This document shows positions 54,589-63,914 of a stretch of DNA of 64,000 nucleotides, piece after piece. A model generated the notes under the pieces. It was given only the letters and a program-made list of their open reading frames with translations. It was not told the origin of the DNA and made no database searches. The stretch comes from Beijerinckiaceae bacterium (GTDB taxonomy: Bacteria > Pseudomonadota > Alphaproteobacteria > Rhizobiales > Beijerinckiaceae), in NCBI GenBank assembly GCA_947478405.1, contig CANJVX010000005.1, forward strand, positions 2,255-66,254. Direction: 5' to 3'. The position numbers and the translations under genes are program-made. Position 1 is the stretch's first letter; the number at the start of each line of letters is the position of its first letter.

Positions 54589-55596
54589 CTAAGGCTGCAT
54601 CAACACCTGCGCCCTTTTCAGCACATCATCAGGTGTCGCCATAAGATCTTTGACGAGAGCTTCCAGTGTCTCGCCTTTGACGAGAGATAGGTCGACCCGC
54701 AGCCTTTCTGCCTCTGTGATGAGATCGGGATCTTTTATCACCCGCTCAAAACTTATGCGCAGAAGTTGAACCCGATCGGGTGGGGTCTCAGGTGGTGCAA
54801 CAATCGGGCGCCCCAGCTCGACACTTGAAGAAAAGAGCAGGAGCAATTGCTTTTGTTCTGACGTCTTTGCGAAATCAAAAACCGATGGCGCATGGAATTC
54901 GGCAATCGGTGCGCGTTCAAGATTGAACAGAACACGCATCCGGCCATTTTCCAGCCAGCCCGGACGCCACGATCGCAGAGCGCCGACCGTCTGACAAATT
55001 CCCTCGATCTCGCCACGCTCCATGGCCAGCTGCGCGGCGCTCGCGCTGCCATAGCCTTCAACAAGCTTGAGGCGCATGCCAAGCAAAATGGATATCAGTC
55101 GCGGCGTTGTCGAGACGGCTGTGCCCGCACCCGCTCCACCCACGATCAGGTCTTTTGAAAACAGATCTTCTGCTTTCTGAACACCTGCACCCTCCATTGC
55201 CACACAGACCCGATTGGAGACTTCGGGACTACCAATCCAATTGAACTTCAGCGGGTCGAAGCGGATACCGTCTTCTTTCATCAAGGCCTGATAGGCGAGA
55301 TTGCGGCCGATCATGGCAATGGTCGAACCGTCACGCGGTGCTGTGTGATAAAAGGAATTGGCCGCAACAATACCACCGGCACCGGGCATATTCTGAACCA
55401 GAATATTCGGATTTCCCGGAATATGCTTCGTCCAATGGCGCGTGATCAGTCGCATCCACGTATCATAATCGCCACCGACAACAGTGCTGACAATCGCGCG
55501 CATCTGCCGGCCACGGTAAAATTCCGAAGCCTCTTGCGCTTGCGCTGATGCCGGTAGGCTCAAAACGAGCGCGAGAATGAACCGTGGAAAATTCAT
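54589..55596 (-). CDS. Bug/TctC-family substrate-binding protein
   Basis: GGAG lies 7 nt before ATG 55596. Signal peptide MNFPRFILALVLSLPASAQA. FYRGRQMRAIVST...NMPGAGG. Confidence 0.85.
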   Translation of the reverse strand: MNFPRFILALVLSLPASAQAQEASEFYRGRQMRAIVSTVVGGDYDTWMRLITRHWTKHIPGNPNILVQNMPGAGGIVAANSFYHTAPRDGSTIAMIGRNLAYQALMKEDGIRFDPLKFNWIGSPEVSNRVCVAMEGAGVQKAEDLFSKDLIVGGAGAGTAVSTTPRLISILLGMRLKLVEGYGSASAAQLAMERGEIEGICQTVGALRSWRPGWLENGRMRVLFNLERAPIAEFHAPSVFDFAKTSEQKQLLLLFSSSVELGRPIVAPPETPPDRVQLLRISFERVIKDPDLITEAERLRVDLSLVKGETLEALVKDLMATPDDVLKRAQVLMQP

Positions 55597-55631
55597 GCGA
55601 TTACTCCGCCGCAGGACGCCATGCACCCGCT

Positions 55632-56012
55632 TCAGCCAGCGCCATATCCCTGAACCGCGAGATCGATATTATTGCCATCCGGATCGGTCGTGCGCGTCTC
55701 GGCATAAGGCCTATCAGCCGGGCGCTTGGTTGATTCAAGGCCGAATTTGGTCAGCTTCGCGCTGGTCTCATCCTGATTGTCGATCTGAAAGCCGAAATGA
55801 TTGAGGCCGGGCGCCTTGCCTTCTGCCTTGTTGTGCAAAAGCGCCAAGGTCAAATAGCCATCGGTCATGAAAACCGCCTTGCTCTCTTTGTTTGGTCGGT
55901 CTGCAGGCCGTTGCAGGCGTGTCATCCCAAAAACGTCTTCGTAATATTTGGCGAGCCGTTCGGGATCCAAAGTAATAATAGCGAGATGTTTGATTTTGGG
56001 TGTTTTACTCAT
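55632..56012 (-). CDS. VOC-family (glyoxalase/bleomycin-resistance/dioxygenase) protein
   Basis: 126 aa, single VOC module (IKHLAIITLDPERLAKYYEDVFGM ... LNHFGFQIDN). Confidence 0.75.
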   Translation of the reverse strand: MSKTPKIKHLAIITLDPERLAKYYEDVFGMTRLQRPADRPNKESKAVFMTDGYLTLALLHNKAEGKAPGLNHFGFQIDNQDETSAKLTKFGLESTKRPADRPYAETRTTDPDGNNIDLAVQGYGAG

Positions 56013-56049
56013 GCTCTTATTCCTTTGTCAGAAATGGTATCTGTCTTTC

Positions 56050-57069
56050 TCAATCGCCGCGCGCTGCCTTGGCGAGTGCAACAACCGAGGGCGGTGTTTT
56101 CATGGTTTCTTCAACGAGCGCTTTCAGCTCGTCACCAGTCAAGATTGGCCCCACGTCGATCTTCTTTTCTTGCGTGAATGCCAAGAGTTCCGGATCGCGC
56201 ATAGCGACAATGAAAGCCGATTGAAGTGCCGATAATCGATCCTGCGGGATGCCGGGGGTTGCCATAATGGAGCGACCCATCGCATTGCCCATGGCAAAAA
56301 GATTCAAGGCCCGTCGTTCATCATCCGTCCGCCCAAGCTCCATCATTAAGGGGACGTCAGGCAAATCAGCATCGCGTGCGGTGGCATATTGAACAAGAAT
56401 ATTGACTTTTTTCTCGCGTAGCCAATCGCCATTATCAACTTTCATCGAGGCCCAGGCCTTGCTGCCGCCTTCCACTTCCCCGCGCTGCATCGCGAGATTT
56501 GTCTCGGCATTACTCGGATAGGCGGGGATGATTTTGAACTTGGTTCCAGCAAGCTGATTGAGCGCTTTCAGATAGAAAACTGTCGGAGACGCGGCACCCG
56601 AGCCGCCCATCACAGTTTCACGTGCTTGCGCGTCAACCAAGCTGCGTGTCGGGGATGTGTGCCATGTGTAAGTCACTTCAACGACGGGCGCGACACGACC
56701 AATCCAGGTGAATTGCAGCGCATCATATTGTACGCCGTCTGTGCCTAACAATTGTTCGATGGCAACAGATTGTGGCGCAGTCGCCATCACCGTGCCATCG
56801 CGCGCCGCTGCCCCATAGACCCAATTGGCCATGCGCAAATGCCCCGCGCCCGGCATATTTTTCACAATAATCGTGGGGCTCCCGGGCACATGCTTGCCCA
56901 TGTAGCGCGCGACCAAGCGGCCATAGAGATCATAACCTCCACCGGGATCCGTGCCGACATAAAGTTCGATTGTCTTTGCGCGGTAGAAAGACTCGGGGTT
57001 TTGCGCCCAAGCGCTTGTCGCGCAAAGAACCGCAAAAGCAGATGCCATGGCTATTTTGTAAAAGCGCAT
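56050..57069 (-). CDS. Bug/TctC-family substrate-binding protein
   Basis: AGGAGGGGA RBS before ATG 57069. Signal peptide MRFYKIAMASAFAVLCATSAWA. FYRAKTIELYVGTDPGGGYDLYGRL...NMPGAGH. Confidence 0.85.
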   Translation of the reverse strand: MRFYKIAMASAFAVLCATSAWAQNPESFYRAKTIELYVGTDPGGGYDLYGRLVARYMGKHVPGSPTIIVKNMPGAGHLRMANWVYGAAARDGTVMATAPQSVAIEQLLGTDGVQYDALQFTWIGRVAPVVEVTYTWHTSPTRSLVDAQARETVMGGSGAASPTVFYLKALNQLAGTKFKIIPAYPSNAETNLAMQRGEVEGGSKAWASMKVDNGDWLREKKVNILVQYATARDADLPDVPLMMELGRTDDERRALNLFAMGNAMGRSIMATPGIPQDRLSALQSAFIVAMRDPELLAFTQEKKIDVGPILTGDELKALVEETMKTPPSVVALAKAARGD

Positions 57070-57100
57070 GTTTTGCCTCCCCTCCTGCTGACGTCGCACG

Positions 57101-57841
57101 TCAAGCAGGCGCTTGAAAATCGAGCAACCGGTCTTGTGGAAAATCGTAGAGCCTACCGTTCTGCGTCCATGATGGCAGGCACATTGCAGCGACTTTCGGC
57201 GCCATGTCGTTCGGCGTCAGCAAGATCATCGGATCCTCATCGGGCGCTGCTTGCGCGCGCAAAGAGGTGCGGATGGGACCGGGATTGCACAGCATCACGC
57301 GCATCGCCATGCCATCAACTTCGGAGGCATAGGTGCGGATCAAAGCGTCGAGCGCTGTCTTGGAAATGGCATAGGCACCGCGACCTGCCGCCATGCGCGC
57401 GCGCGAGCCTGCACCTGACGTCATAAACACGGCACGCCCATGCGGTGCCTTGCGCAAAAGCTGATCAAAATTGCGGATCAGCCGCCAATTGGCCTCGACA
57501 TTCGTACCAATGACGGAATGCCAGTCTTCTTCCGCCAATTCAGCCAAAGGCACGCGACGACCCATAATGGCCGCATTCCCAACGAGAATATCGAGCCGGC
57601 CCATGGTCTCTTCGATACGTTGCCGCAGACAGGCAACATCTTCGGCAGACCCGAGATCACAGGCCATCGCGGTGCAATTGGCTCCAATTTCGGCCTGAAC
57701 CTGGGAAAGCTTCGCCTGATCGCGTGCTACAGCGACAACATGAGCGCCTCTAGCTGCCAGCGCCGCCGCAATCGCCGCACCAATGCCCCGCGAAGCCCCC
57801 GTGACCAGCGCAACAGACCCCGACAAATTCTCGCTATCCAT
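57101..57841 (-). CDS. SDR-family oxidoreductase
   Basis: TGASRGIGAAIA (TGxxxGxG) and YAISKTAL (YxxxK). Confidence 0.9.
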   Translation of the reverse strand: MDSENLSGSVALVTGASRGIGAAIAAALAARGAHVVAVARDQAKLSQVQAEIGANCTAMACDLGSAEDVACLRQRIEETMGRLDILVGNAAIMGRRVPLAELAEEDWHSVIGTNVEANWRLIRNFDQLLRKAPHGRAVFMTSGAGSRARMAAGRGAYAISKTALDALIRTYASEVDGMAMRVMLCNPGPIRTSLRAQAAPDEDPMILLTPNDMAPKVAAMCLPSWTQNGRLYDFPQDRLLDFQAPA

Positions 57842-58364
57842 TCGTCCGCCTCCCGCGCATTTCGTTGTGCCGAATTGCGACCCAAAGCCCTAGCCGCACG
57901 CATGGTTGACCTGCGCACGCAAAGAGAGATACGCGGGTGTCATCAGGCTGATGCATATGGAAACGGTTCATGGCGCGAGACAGCGACATGGCAATTCCCC
58001 CCAGAGTGTACCCCCGCGACGTTTTCTTTTTATGCGTCCGGTTGGCTGTGCCTAGGCCCTTGGGCCCGCTGTCCCGGAGTTTGACAGAATCGAAACAGCC
58101 GTCAAATCAGCTGAAGGTATTTAGGTTGCAGTGCAGCATAGGGGTACCTAGTGTGACAAGCAATTCAGCCGATTTGCCCTTCCCTTTCCCCGCCTCACTC
58201 ACTTAATCTTTGATCAACAGTGGCGCCAACAGAATGCCGCGACAAAGGGAGAGAAAGATACGGGGGGTCCCGCGTGCAAATTGCGCGCACTGCTCCCGAT
58301 CAAGAATTCCATGCAGCTCGCGGCCACGACGCCACAACACCATACCCAAGCAAAGGACAAGAAA

Positions 58365-59558
58365 ATGACATTCATCCCCCCGAGCTATGATGACATTGTG
58401 GCCTCGCCCTATGCGACAGCGCTGCCGTCCAATTGGGTCTCGCCCTCGACAGAAACCCGAAATTATTTTCAAGCCATCGAGAACATGATCAAGGTCTTCG
58501 CCGTGCAACCCGGCGAGGAAATGCTCTTTCTCACTGACCCGCTTCTCGACCGGCGTGTTATTGATGCAATCACAGGCGTTGCCAATGCGCGCGGTGTGTT
58601 CCCGCGTGAATATATGGCACCTACAACTCAGATCATGGACTGCCCGGATGAATGCCGCGCGATGGTTGAGAAAGCCGACTTCGTCGTCTCATCCTGGTTC
58701 TGCTCGGTCAATGCCCCGCTCTTCAACAAGTTGCGCAAAGAAAAGGGCCAGCGTTGGGTAAAGATCACCTATTTCCGCAATCTCGATCTTCTGCACACGC
58801 CGCAAGCGCGCTTCCCTGTTGAGCTTGTGGGCGAGATCATCCGCGCTACCGCGCGCATGTATCCGAAGGATGAAAATTTCACCATGGCTTTCTCCGATCC
58901 GCGTGGAACGGACCTGACCATTAAATTCACGCCAGAAATGGTGAAAAACCTGCATCAAGGCAATCGCTGGCGCGGCAAGGATATTGCCGATGAGGCAGGC
59001 TGCTATGTGCATTATCTGCCTACCCATGGCCCCAATATTTACGACCGTACCTGCTTCAAGCGTGAGCCCGGTGCGCATGCTGACATGCAAGGCGTGGTTT
59101 TCCCGCAATGGGCGGTTGGTTTCAAAAAACCGTTCACCGAGAAGATCGCCATCGAATATAAGGACGATCTTGTTGTGAAGGTACACGGCAAGTCGATGGA
59201 TGCAGAAATCCTGCGCGACATGCTGGTGGGCGTGAATGCGCATCTGCATGAGCTTGGTTGCGGCTTCAACCCCAAATACCCCCGTTTCAAAGCCTATCCC
59301 GCCGGATCAAATGCGCCAGGTTGCCTGCATTTCGGCACGGACAGTGACAAGCGCAGCGATTTCATGAACCGCATGGTACCGCGCTGGGAAGAGCCCCACA
59401 CGCATCAGGATTGTGTGGCCTTCGACATGACGGTGAAACTTGGCAAGACCACGTTGATCGACAATGGCTTCCTGATGGCCTTGCGCGATTCGCAAGTGGT
59501 TGAAGCGGCAACCCGCCATGGTGATCCGGTCGAATTGCTTGAGGCCTTTGTCGAATAA
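58365..59558 (+). CDS. cytosolic M29/NicX-like (2,5-dihydroxypyridine dioxygenase / aminopeptidase T-like) protein
   Basis: ATG 58365 (MTFIPPSYDD). Motifs HELGCGFNPKY, GCLHFGTD, PHTHQD line up with NicX SHIGWGLQP / ... / CHLD as recalled from memory. No signal peptide. Confidence 0.5.
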   Translation: MTFIPPSYDDIVASPYATALPSNWVSPSTETRNYFQAIENMIKVFAVQPGEEMLFLTDPLLDRRVIDAITGVANARGVFPREYMAPTTQIMDCPDECRAMVEKADFVVSSWFCSVNAPLFNKLRKEKGQRWVKITYFRNLDLLHTPQARFPVELVGEIIRATARMYPKDENFTMAFSDPRGTDLTIKFTPEMVKNLHQGNRWRGKDIADEAGCYVHYLPTHGPNIYDRTCFKREPGAHADMQGVVFPQWAVGFKKPFTEKIAIEYKDDLVVKVHGKSMDAEILRDMLVGVNAHLHELGCGFNPKYPRFKAYPAGSNAPGCLHFGTDSDKRSDFMNRMVPRWEEPHTHQDCVAFDMTVKLGKTTLIDNGFLMALRDSQVVEAATRHGDPVELLEAFVE

Positions 59559-59570
59559 ATCAAGAAGAAG

Positions 59571-60662
59571 ATGGGGAAGAATATGAGACTGAAAAGTTTC
59601 CTGCTGGCAGGCCTACTTGCAGCCTACACCATGCCCGGACTCGCACAGGCCCCCTTTTATCAGGGAAAAGTTCTCACCCTTCTCATCAATTACGGTGTCG
59701 GCGGCAATGCCGACACCGAAGCGCGAGTCTATCAACGCCATTTCGCAAAACATATTCCCGGCAAGCCCGACATCATCATTCAGAACGCACCTGGCGCTGG
59801 CGGCTTTACCGCCATGAATATATTGGGTCTGGGCATTAATGTGAAAGCTGATGGCCTCACCGCCGGCTATTTTACAACCAGTGCCATTGCGCCGTTGATT
59901 GACGATCCTGCACTCAAAGTAAAGATGAAAGACTTCGCCATCATTGGCGGTGCGCGTGGCTGGAATATGGTCTATGCGCGAAAGGATCTCATTCCTGGTG
60001 GGCTCGCCAAGCCTGAAGATTTCATCAAGGCCAAATCAATCTATCTCGCGGGCTATAGCCGCGCATCTTCTCATGACACGCGCCTGCGCCTTGCGATGGA
60101 GATTTTTGAAATGCCCTATACGGTTGTGACCGGATTCCCCGGCACAGCCCAAATCAACAAAGCCATGCTGCAAAACGAAATCAACGTCACGGGCTCATCG
60201 CTGCCAGGCTATATGACGCAAGTCATGCCTCAGATCATGCAAACCGGAGTCGGCATTCCGCTCTTCCAATATCCGGTCATCGGCAAAGATGGTAAGGCGA
60301 CCGGGAATGCCGCACTCGAAAAATTCGGCATGGAATCGATGGATAAAGTCTATGCCCGCGCCTTCGGTAAACCGCCATCAGGACCAAAATGGGAAGCGCT
60401 CCTGCTTATGAGCGATATAGGCACACAGATGCAACGCGGGCTCATGCTCCCCAAGGGTGCGCCCAAAGAATCCGTAGACGCTCTGCGACTGGCTTTTAGT
60501 AGTCTCATGAAAGACGAGGCTTTCATCGAAGATTACAAGAAAGTCACGAGTGAGGAACCCGATCTCGTGCGCGGCGAAGATCTTCTACCTCTCTTTGAGC
60601 GCATGGATAAGGTCGATCCTGCCGTCAAAAAAGTGCTGCGCGATTCAATCGGTACTGAGTGA
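59571..60662 (+). CDS. Bug/TctC-family substrate-binding protein (divergent member)
   Basis: Signal peptide MRLKSFLLAGLLAAYTMPGLAQA (ATG 59583 is an alternative start). FYQGKVLTLLINYGVGGNADTEARVYQRHFAKHIPGKPDIIIQNAPGAGG. Confidence 0.8.
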   Translation: MGKNMRLKSFLLAGLLAAYTMPGLAQAPFYQGKVLTLLINYGVGGNADTEARVYQRHFAKHIPGKPDIIIQNAPGAGGFTAMNILGLGINVKADGLTAGYFTTSAIAPLIDDPALKVKMKDFAIIGGARGWNMVYARKDLIPGGLAKPEDFIKAKSIYLAGYSRASSHDTRLRLAMEIFEMPYTVVTGFPGTAQINKAMLQNEINVTGSSLPGYMTQVMPQIMQTGVGIPLFQYPVIGKDGKATGNAALEKFGMESMDKVYARAFGKPPSGPKWEALLLMSDIGTQMQRGLMLPKGAPKESVDALRLAFSSLMKDEAFIEDYKKVTSEEPDLVRGEDLLPLFERMDKVDPAVKKVLRDSIGTE

Positions 60663-60673
60663 GGAGGAAGCTG

Positions 60674-61720
60674 ATGCACAAGATCCTGACCTGTGCCGCA
60701 TTCACTCTTCTTGCTGTCGCAACGGCAAGCGCCCAATCTCTCGATGAGTTCTACAAGGGCAAGCAACTCACAGTGATTGTGGGTTATGGGCCAGGCGGCG
60801 GCTACGACCTCTATGCTCGGCTCGTGGCGCGCCACATCACTCGCCACATGCCCGGTGCGCCCAGTGCTGTCGTCCAAAATATGCCGGGCGCTGGCAGCCT
60901 TCGAGCTGCAAATCATATTTATAATACTGCCCCACGCGATGGCACGGCTTTTGGGATTTTTGCGCGCAACGTTCCACTGATGGGACTGTCGGGACACAAT
61001 TCCGCGGTCCAGTTCGATCCCCGTAAATTCAACTGGATTGGATCATCGTCGAGCTTTGCCGATGACGCCTATCTGTTATTTCTGCGCAAAGATGCCAAAA
61101 ATGGAACAATCGAAGCTGCGCAACAAAGCCAAGGGCCGCCACTCATACTGGGATCAACGGGTGAAGGTTCTCCTGGCTATGATGTGCCCAACCTCCTGCG
61201 CGACATTCTTCAACTCAATCTCAAACTCATTGCAGGCTTTCCCGATGGCGGTTCGGTAAATCTTGCAGCTGATCGTGGCGAGGTTGACGGACGCATGGTC
61301 GATTATTCATCCATCCTCGCAGGAAAGCCCGATTGGTTGAAGCCTGACGGGCAGATGAAAGTGTTGTTGCAATTTGGCCGCAGCACGCGCCATCCCGCGT
61401 TTCCTGATGTGCCAACAGCGCGGGAATTGGCGGGCGATGCCCGCGTCCGGCAAATCATCGAGCTGGCAGAAGTGCCTTGGCATTTGTCCCGCTGCTTCAC
61501 AGCACCCCCCGGTGTTGCTCCCGAACGTGTTGAGGCTCTTCGAAAGGCCTTTGCCGCGACCCATCGAGATCCCCTGCTGCTTGAAGATGCCGAGCGTATG
61601 AAACTCGAAATTCATCCCGGCACGGCAGACGATATTATCGAACAGATTGATCTTGTCGCCAAAGCGCCACCGGAAATGTTGAAGCAGCTGCAGAAATTGT
61701 TTGAGGCCAGCAAAGGCTGA
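60674..61720 (+). CDS. Bug/TctC-family substrate-binding protein
   Basis: GAGGAGGAAG RBS before ATG 60674. Signal peptide MHKILTCAAFTLLAVATASA. FYKGKQLTVIVGYGPGGGYDLYARL...NMPGAGS. Confidence 0.85.
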   Translation: MHKILTCAAFTLLAVATASAQSLDEFYKGKQLTVIVGYGPGGGYDLYARLVARHITRHMPGAPSAVVQNMPGAGSLRAANHIYNTAPRDGTAFGIFARNVPLMGLSGHNSAVQFDPRKFNWIGSSSSFADDAYLLFLRKDAKNGTIEAAQQSQGPPLILGSTGEGSPGYDVPNLLRDILQLNLKLIAGFPDGGSVNLAADRGEVDGRMVDYSSILAGKPDWLKPDGQMKVLLQFGRSTRHPAFPDVPTARELAGDARVRQIIELAEVPWHLSRCFTAPPGVAPERVEALRKAFAATHRDPLLLEDAERMKLEIHPGTADDIIEQIDLVAKAPPEMLKQLQKLFEASKG

Positions 61721-61733
61721 AACGGGAGTGGTT

Positions 61734-62798
61734 ATGTCGCGCATCGGGATGATTTTTCGCCTTCTGACATCGGGCCTTACACTTGCCAGCCTGCTATATC
61801 CGGCCCAAGCACAAACCTCGCTTGAAAAGCTCTCGGCCTTGAAAGGCCCCGAGCGCGAAAAAGTTCTGCTCGAGGGCGCGCGGAATGAGGGCTTCCTGAT
61901 GCTCTATTCCTCGATGCAAATTCCCAGCATCATTGTCATTCAGGCCGCGTTTGAAGAAAAATACGGTGTCAAATTACGTTTTTGGCGCGGCGGCAGTGAA
62001 GATATTCTGCGCCGCTCGGCACTTGAGAAGAAAGCCGGGCGTGAAGATGTTGACGTTTTCGAAAGCGACGGACCGGTGCTCGAAACGATGCATCGGGAAG
62101 AACTTTTGGGGAAAACTAGCTCGCCTTTTTGGGATGATTTGATTCCACAAGCGCAACGGTCGCATAAGGAATGGGTCGCTACACGCGTTAATATTTTTGC
62201 CGCTGTCTACAATACCAAATTGATCGCCAGGACCGATGTGCCTTCTTCCTATGAGGATCTGACTGATCCAAAATGGAAGGGACAACTAGGCATTGAAGCA
62301 GATGATTATGATTGGTTTGGCTCCATCGCACATGTGGTTGGCGAGGCGCAGGCGCGTGCCACCTTTGCGCGCATTGCGACAACCAACGGATTTTCGCTGC
62401 GCAAGGGGCATACACTGATCACTAACCTCGTGGCAGCCGGTGACGTCCCTATGGGATTGACTGTTTATCTGCAGAATATCGATGTTGCGAAAAAAGCCGG
62501 GGCACCTGTTGAAGCCCTGCTTCTTGATCCCATTATCGCCCGCCCGAATGGTATTGCCTTGTCGCGTAATCCACCACATCCCCATGCGGCTTTGCTGTTC
62601 TATGATTTTGTTATTTCGCCACAAGGCCAGAATGTTTTGCGAAGCCGTGAATTCATTCCAACCAGTACGAAAGTGGAATCAGCCCTCAAGGGCCTCAATA
62701 TTCATTTCGAAGATCCGGCTATACAGCTCGATGAAGGCGACAAGTGGCAAAAAGCTTTTCGCGAAGTGATTGGTGGGCGGGCCGCCAAATCACGATAG
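61734..62798 (+). CDS. ABC substrate-binding protein (Fe3+/family-1 type), orphan
   Basis: GGGAG RBS before ATG 61734. Signal peptide MSRIGMIFRLLTSGLTLASLLYPAQA. Same family as 36612 and 38882 (EGARNEGFLMLYSS...). No permease or ATPase adjacent. Confidence 0.7.
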   Translation: MSRIGMIFRLLTSGLTLASLLYPAQAQTSLEKLSALKGPEREKVLLEGARNEGFLMLYSSMQIPSIIVIQAAFEEKYGVKLRFWRGGSEDILRRSALEKKAGREDVDVFESDGPVLETMHREELLGKTSSPFWDDLIPQAQRSHKEWVATRVNIFAAVYNTKLIARTDVPSSYEDLTDPKWKGQLGIEADDYDWFGSIAHVVGEAQARATFARIATTNGFSLRKGHTLITNLVAAGDVPMGLTVYLQNIDVAKKAGAPVEALLLDPIIARPNGIALSRNPPHPHAALLFYDFVISPQGQNVLRSREFIPTSTKVESALKGLNIHFEDPAIQLDEGDKWQKAFREVIGGRAAKSR

Positions 62799-62805
62799 GT
62801 AAGGT

Positions 62806-63897
62806 TCAGGGCTTGGATGTGCCGGGCTTGGGTGCATTCGCGAGTTCTGAACTTGCCGATTGCGCAATCTCGGTGGCCCGATCAACCACGCGCTTGGGCG
62901 AGGCATAGACTTTGCGCAACAAAGCCTCAATCGCCAAGCCGTCAATCGGATCAAGGTCCACATCCTGATCCTTCGTCGCTTCAATAAACTCAGGGTCATA
63001 AGCTGTCTTCATGAAAGCCCGACGCAGGGCATTCAGCCGATCCACCGGAACATCTGGGCTTGTCAGAAAAGGGCGACTCATTTCCTGACGCGCGAAGAAA
63101 AATTCCATGATCTGTCGGTCTTCCTCATTCCGCGCAAAGTCGATGGCAAGCGGAACCTCGGGGAGATCACGATGCTTCGACAAAGACAATTGCCAAAGCG
63201 GGATGATTTTATGATCCCGCAGCCAGTCAGGTCGGGCGATTCGCATGGAGGTCCATGACGGCGAAGGACGCCCCTCAATCTCACCACGCTCCATCGCCAG
63301 ATTGACATCATTGGCGCCCGGATAGCCCGCAATAAGATGAATCTTTGCACCAAGCAGCTTGTTCATTAAAGCAGGATAAATCGCGCTGTCAGCGCCCGAT
63401 CCAGTACCACCGGCAATCAGACCGCGCGTGAAAAGATCTTCCGCTTTTTTGGTGGGAGAAAGATGCCAGGCAAGGGTGACGTTGACCTCTTTGCCCAGAG
63501 AACCAAGCCAGCCGAACTTCAACGGCTCAAACTGTGCGCCCTGTCCACCAGTGAGCGGCTCAAAAGCAATCCCGCGATTGATTGCAACAATGACAGTGCC
63601 GTCGCGCGGGGCAGCATTATAGAGCCAATTGGTGGCCAGCAGCGATCCGGCTCCCGGCATATTCTGAGCCACAAGCGTCGGCTCACCGGGAATATGCCGC
63701 CCCATAAATCGCGCCAACATGCGGGCGAAGGCATCATAACCACCGCCCGAAGAATAGCCGATGATCATGCGCATCGACTTGCCCCGGTAAAACGCCTCCA
63801 CCGGATCAGGTGCTGAAAATGCGGATGCAGAGCCTGCCACTAGAAAGAAAAAAAACAAAGTAACCCTTACGGAAGACATGCGCATTGCAAACCCCAT
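62806..63897 (-). CDS. Bug/TctC-family substrate-binding protein
   Basis: Hydrophobic leader, then FYRGKSMRMIIGYSSGGGYDAFARMLARFMGRHIPGEPTLVAQNMPGAGS. Several in-frame ATGs (63897, 63885, 63879). Confidence 0.85.
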   Translation of the reverse strand: MGFAMRMSSVRVTLFFFFLVAGSASAFSAPDPVEAFYRGKSMRMIIGYSSGGGYDAFARMLARFMGRHIPGEPTLVAQNMPGAGSLLATNWLYNAAPRDGTVIVAINRGIAFEPLTGGQGAQFEPLKFGWLGSLGKEVNVTLAWHLSPTKKAEDLFTRGLIAGGTGSGADSAIYPALMNKLLGAKIHLIAGYPGANDVNLAMERGEIEGRPSPSWTSMRIARPDWLRDHKIIPLWQLSLSKHRDLPEVPLAIDFARNEEDRQIMEFFFARQEMSRPFLTSPDVPVDRLNALRRAFMKTAYDPEFIEATKDQDVDLDPIDGLAIEALLRKVYASPKRVVDRATEIAQSASSELANAPKPGTSKP

Positions 63898-63914
63898 CAG
63901 GTAAAAGACCTGTT

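Noticed and set aside
50193-59558. Interpretation of the maleate-isomerase-like genes plus the NicX-like gene as a nicotinate (nic) degradation cluster.
   Set aside because: None of the three isomerase-like proteins has the two catalytic Cys of NicE-type maleate isomerases. No NicAB, NicC, NicD/NicF-like set is adjacent to the NicX-like gene, and the genes lie in separate operons.
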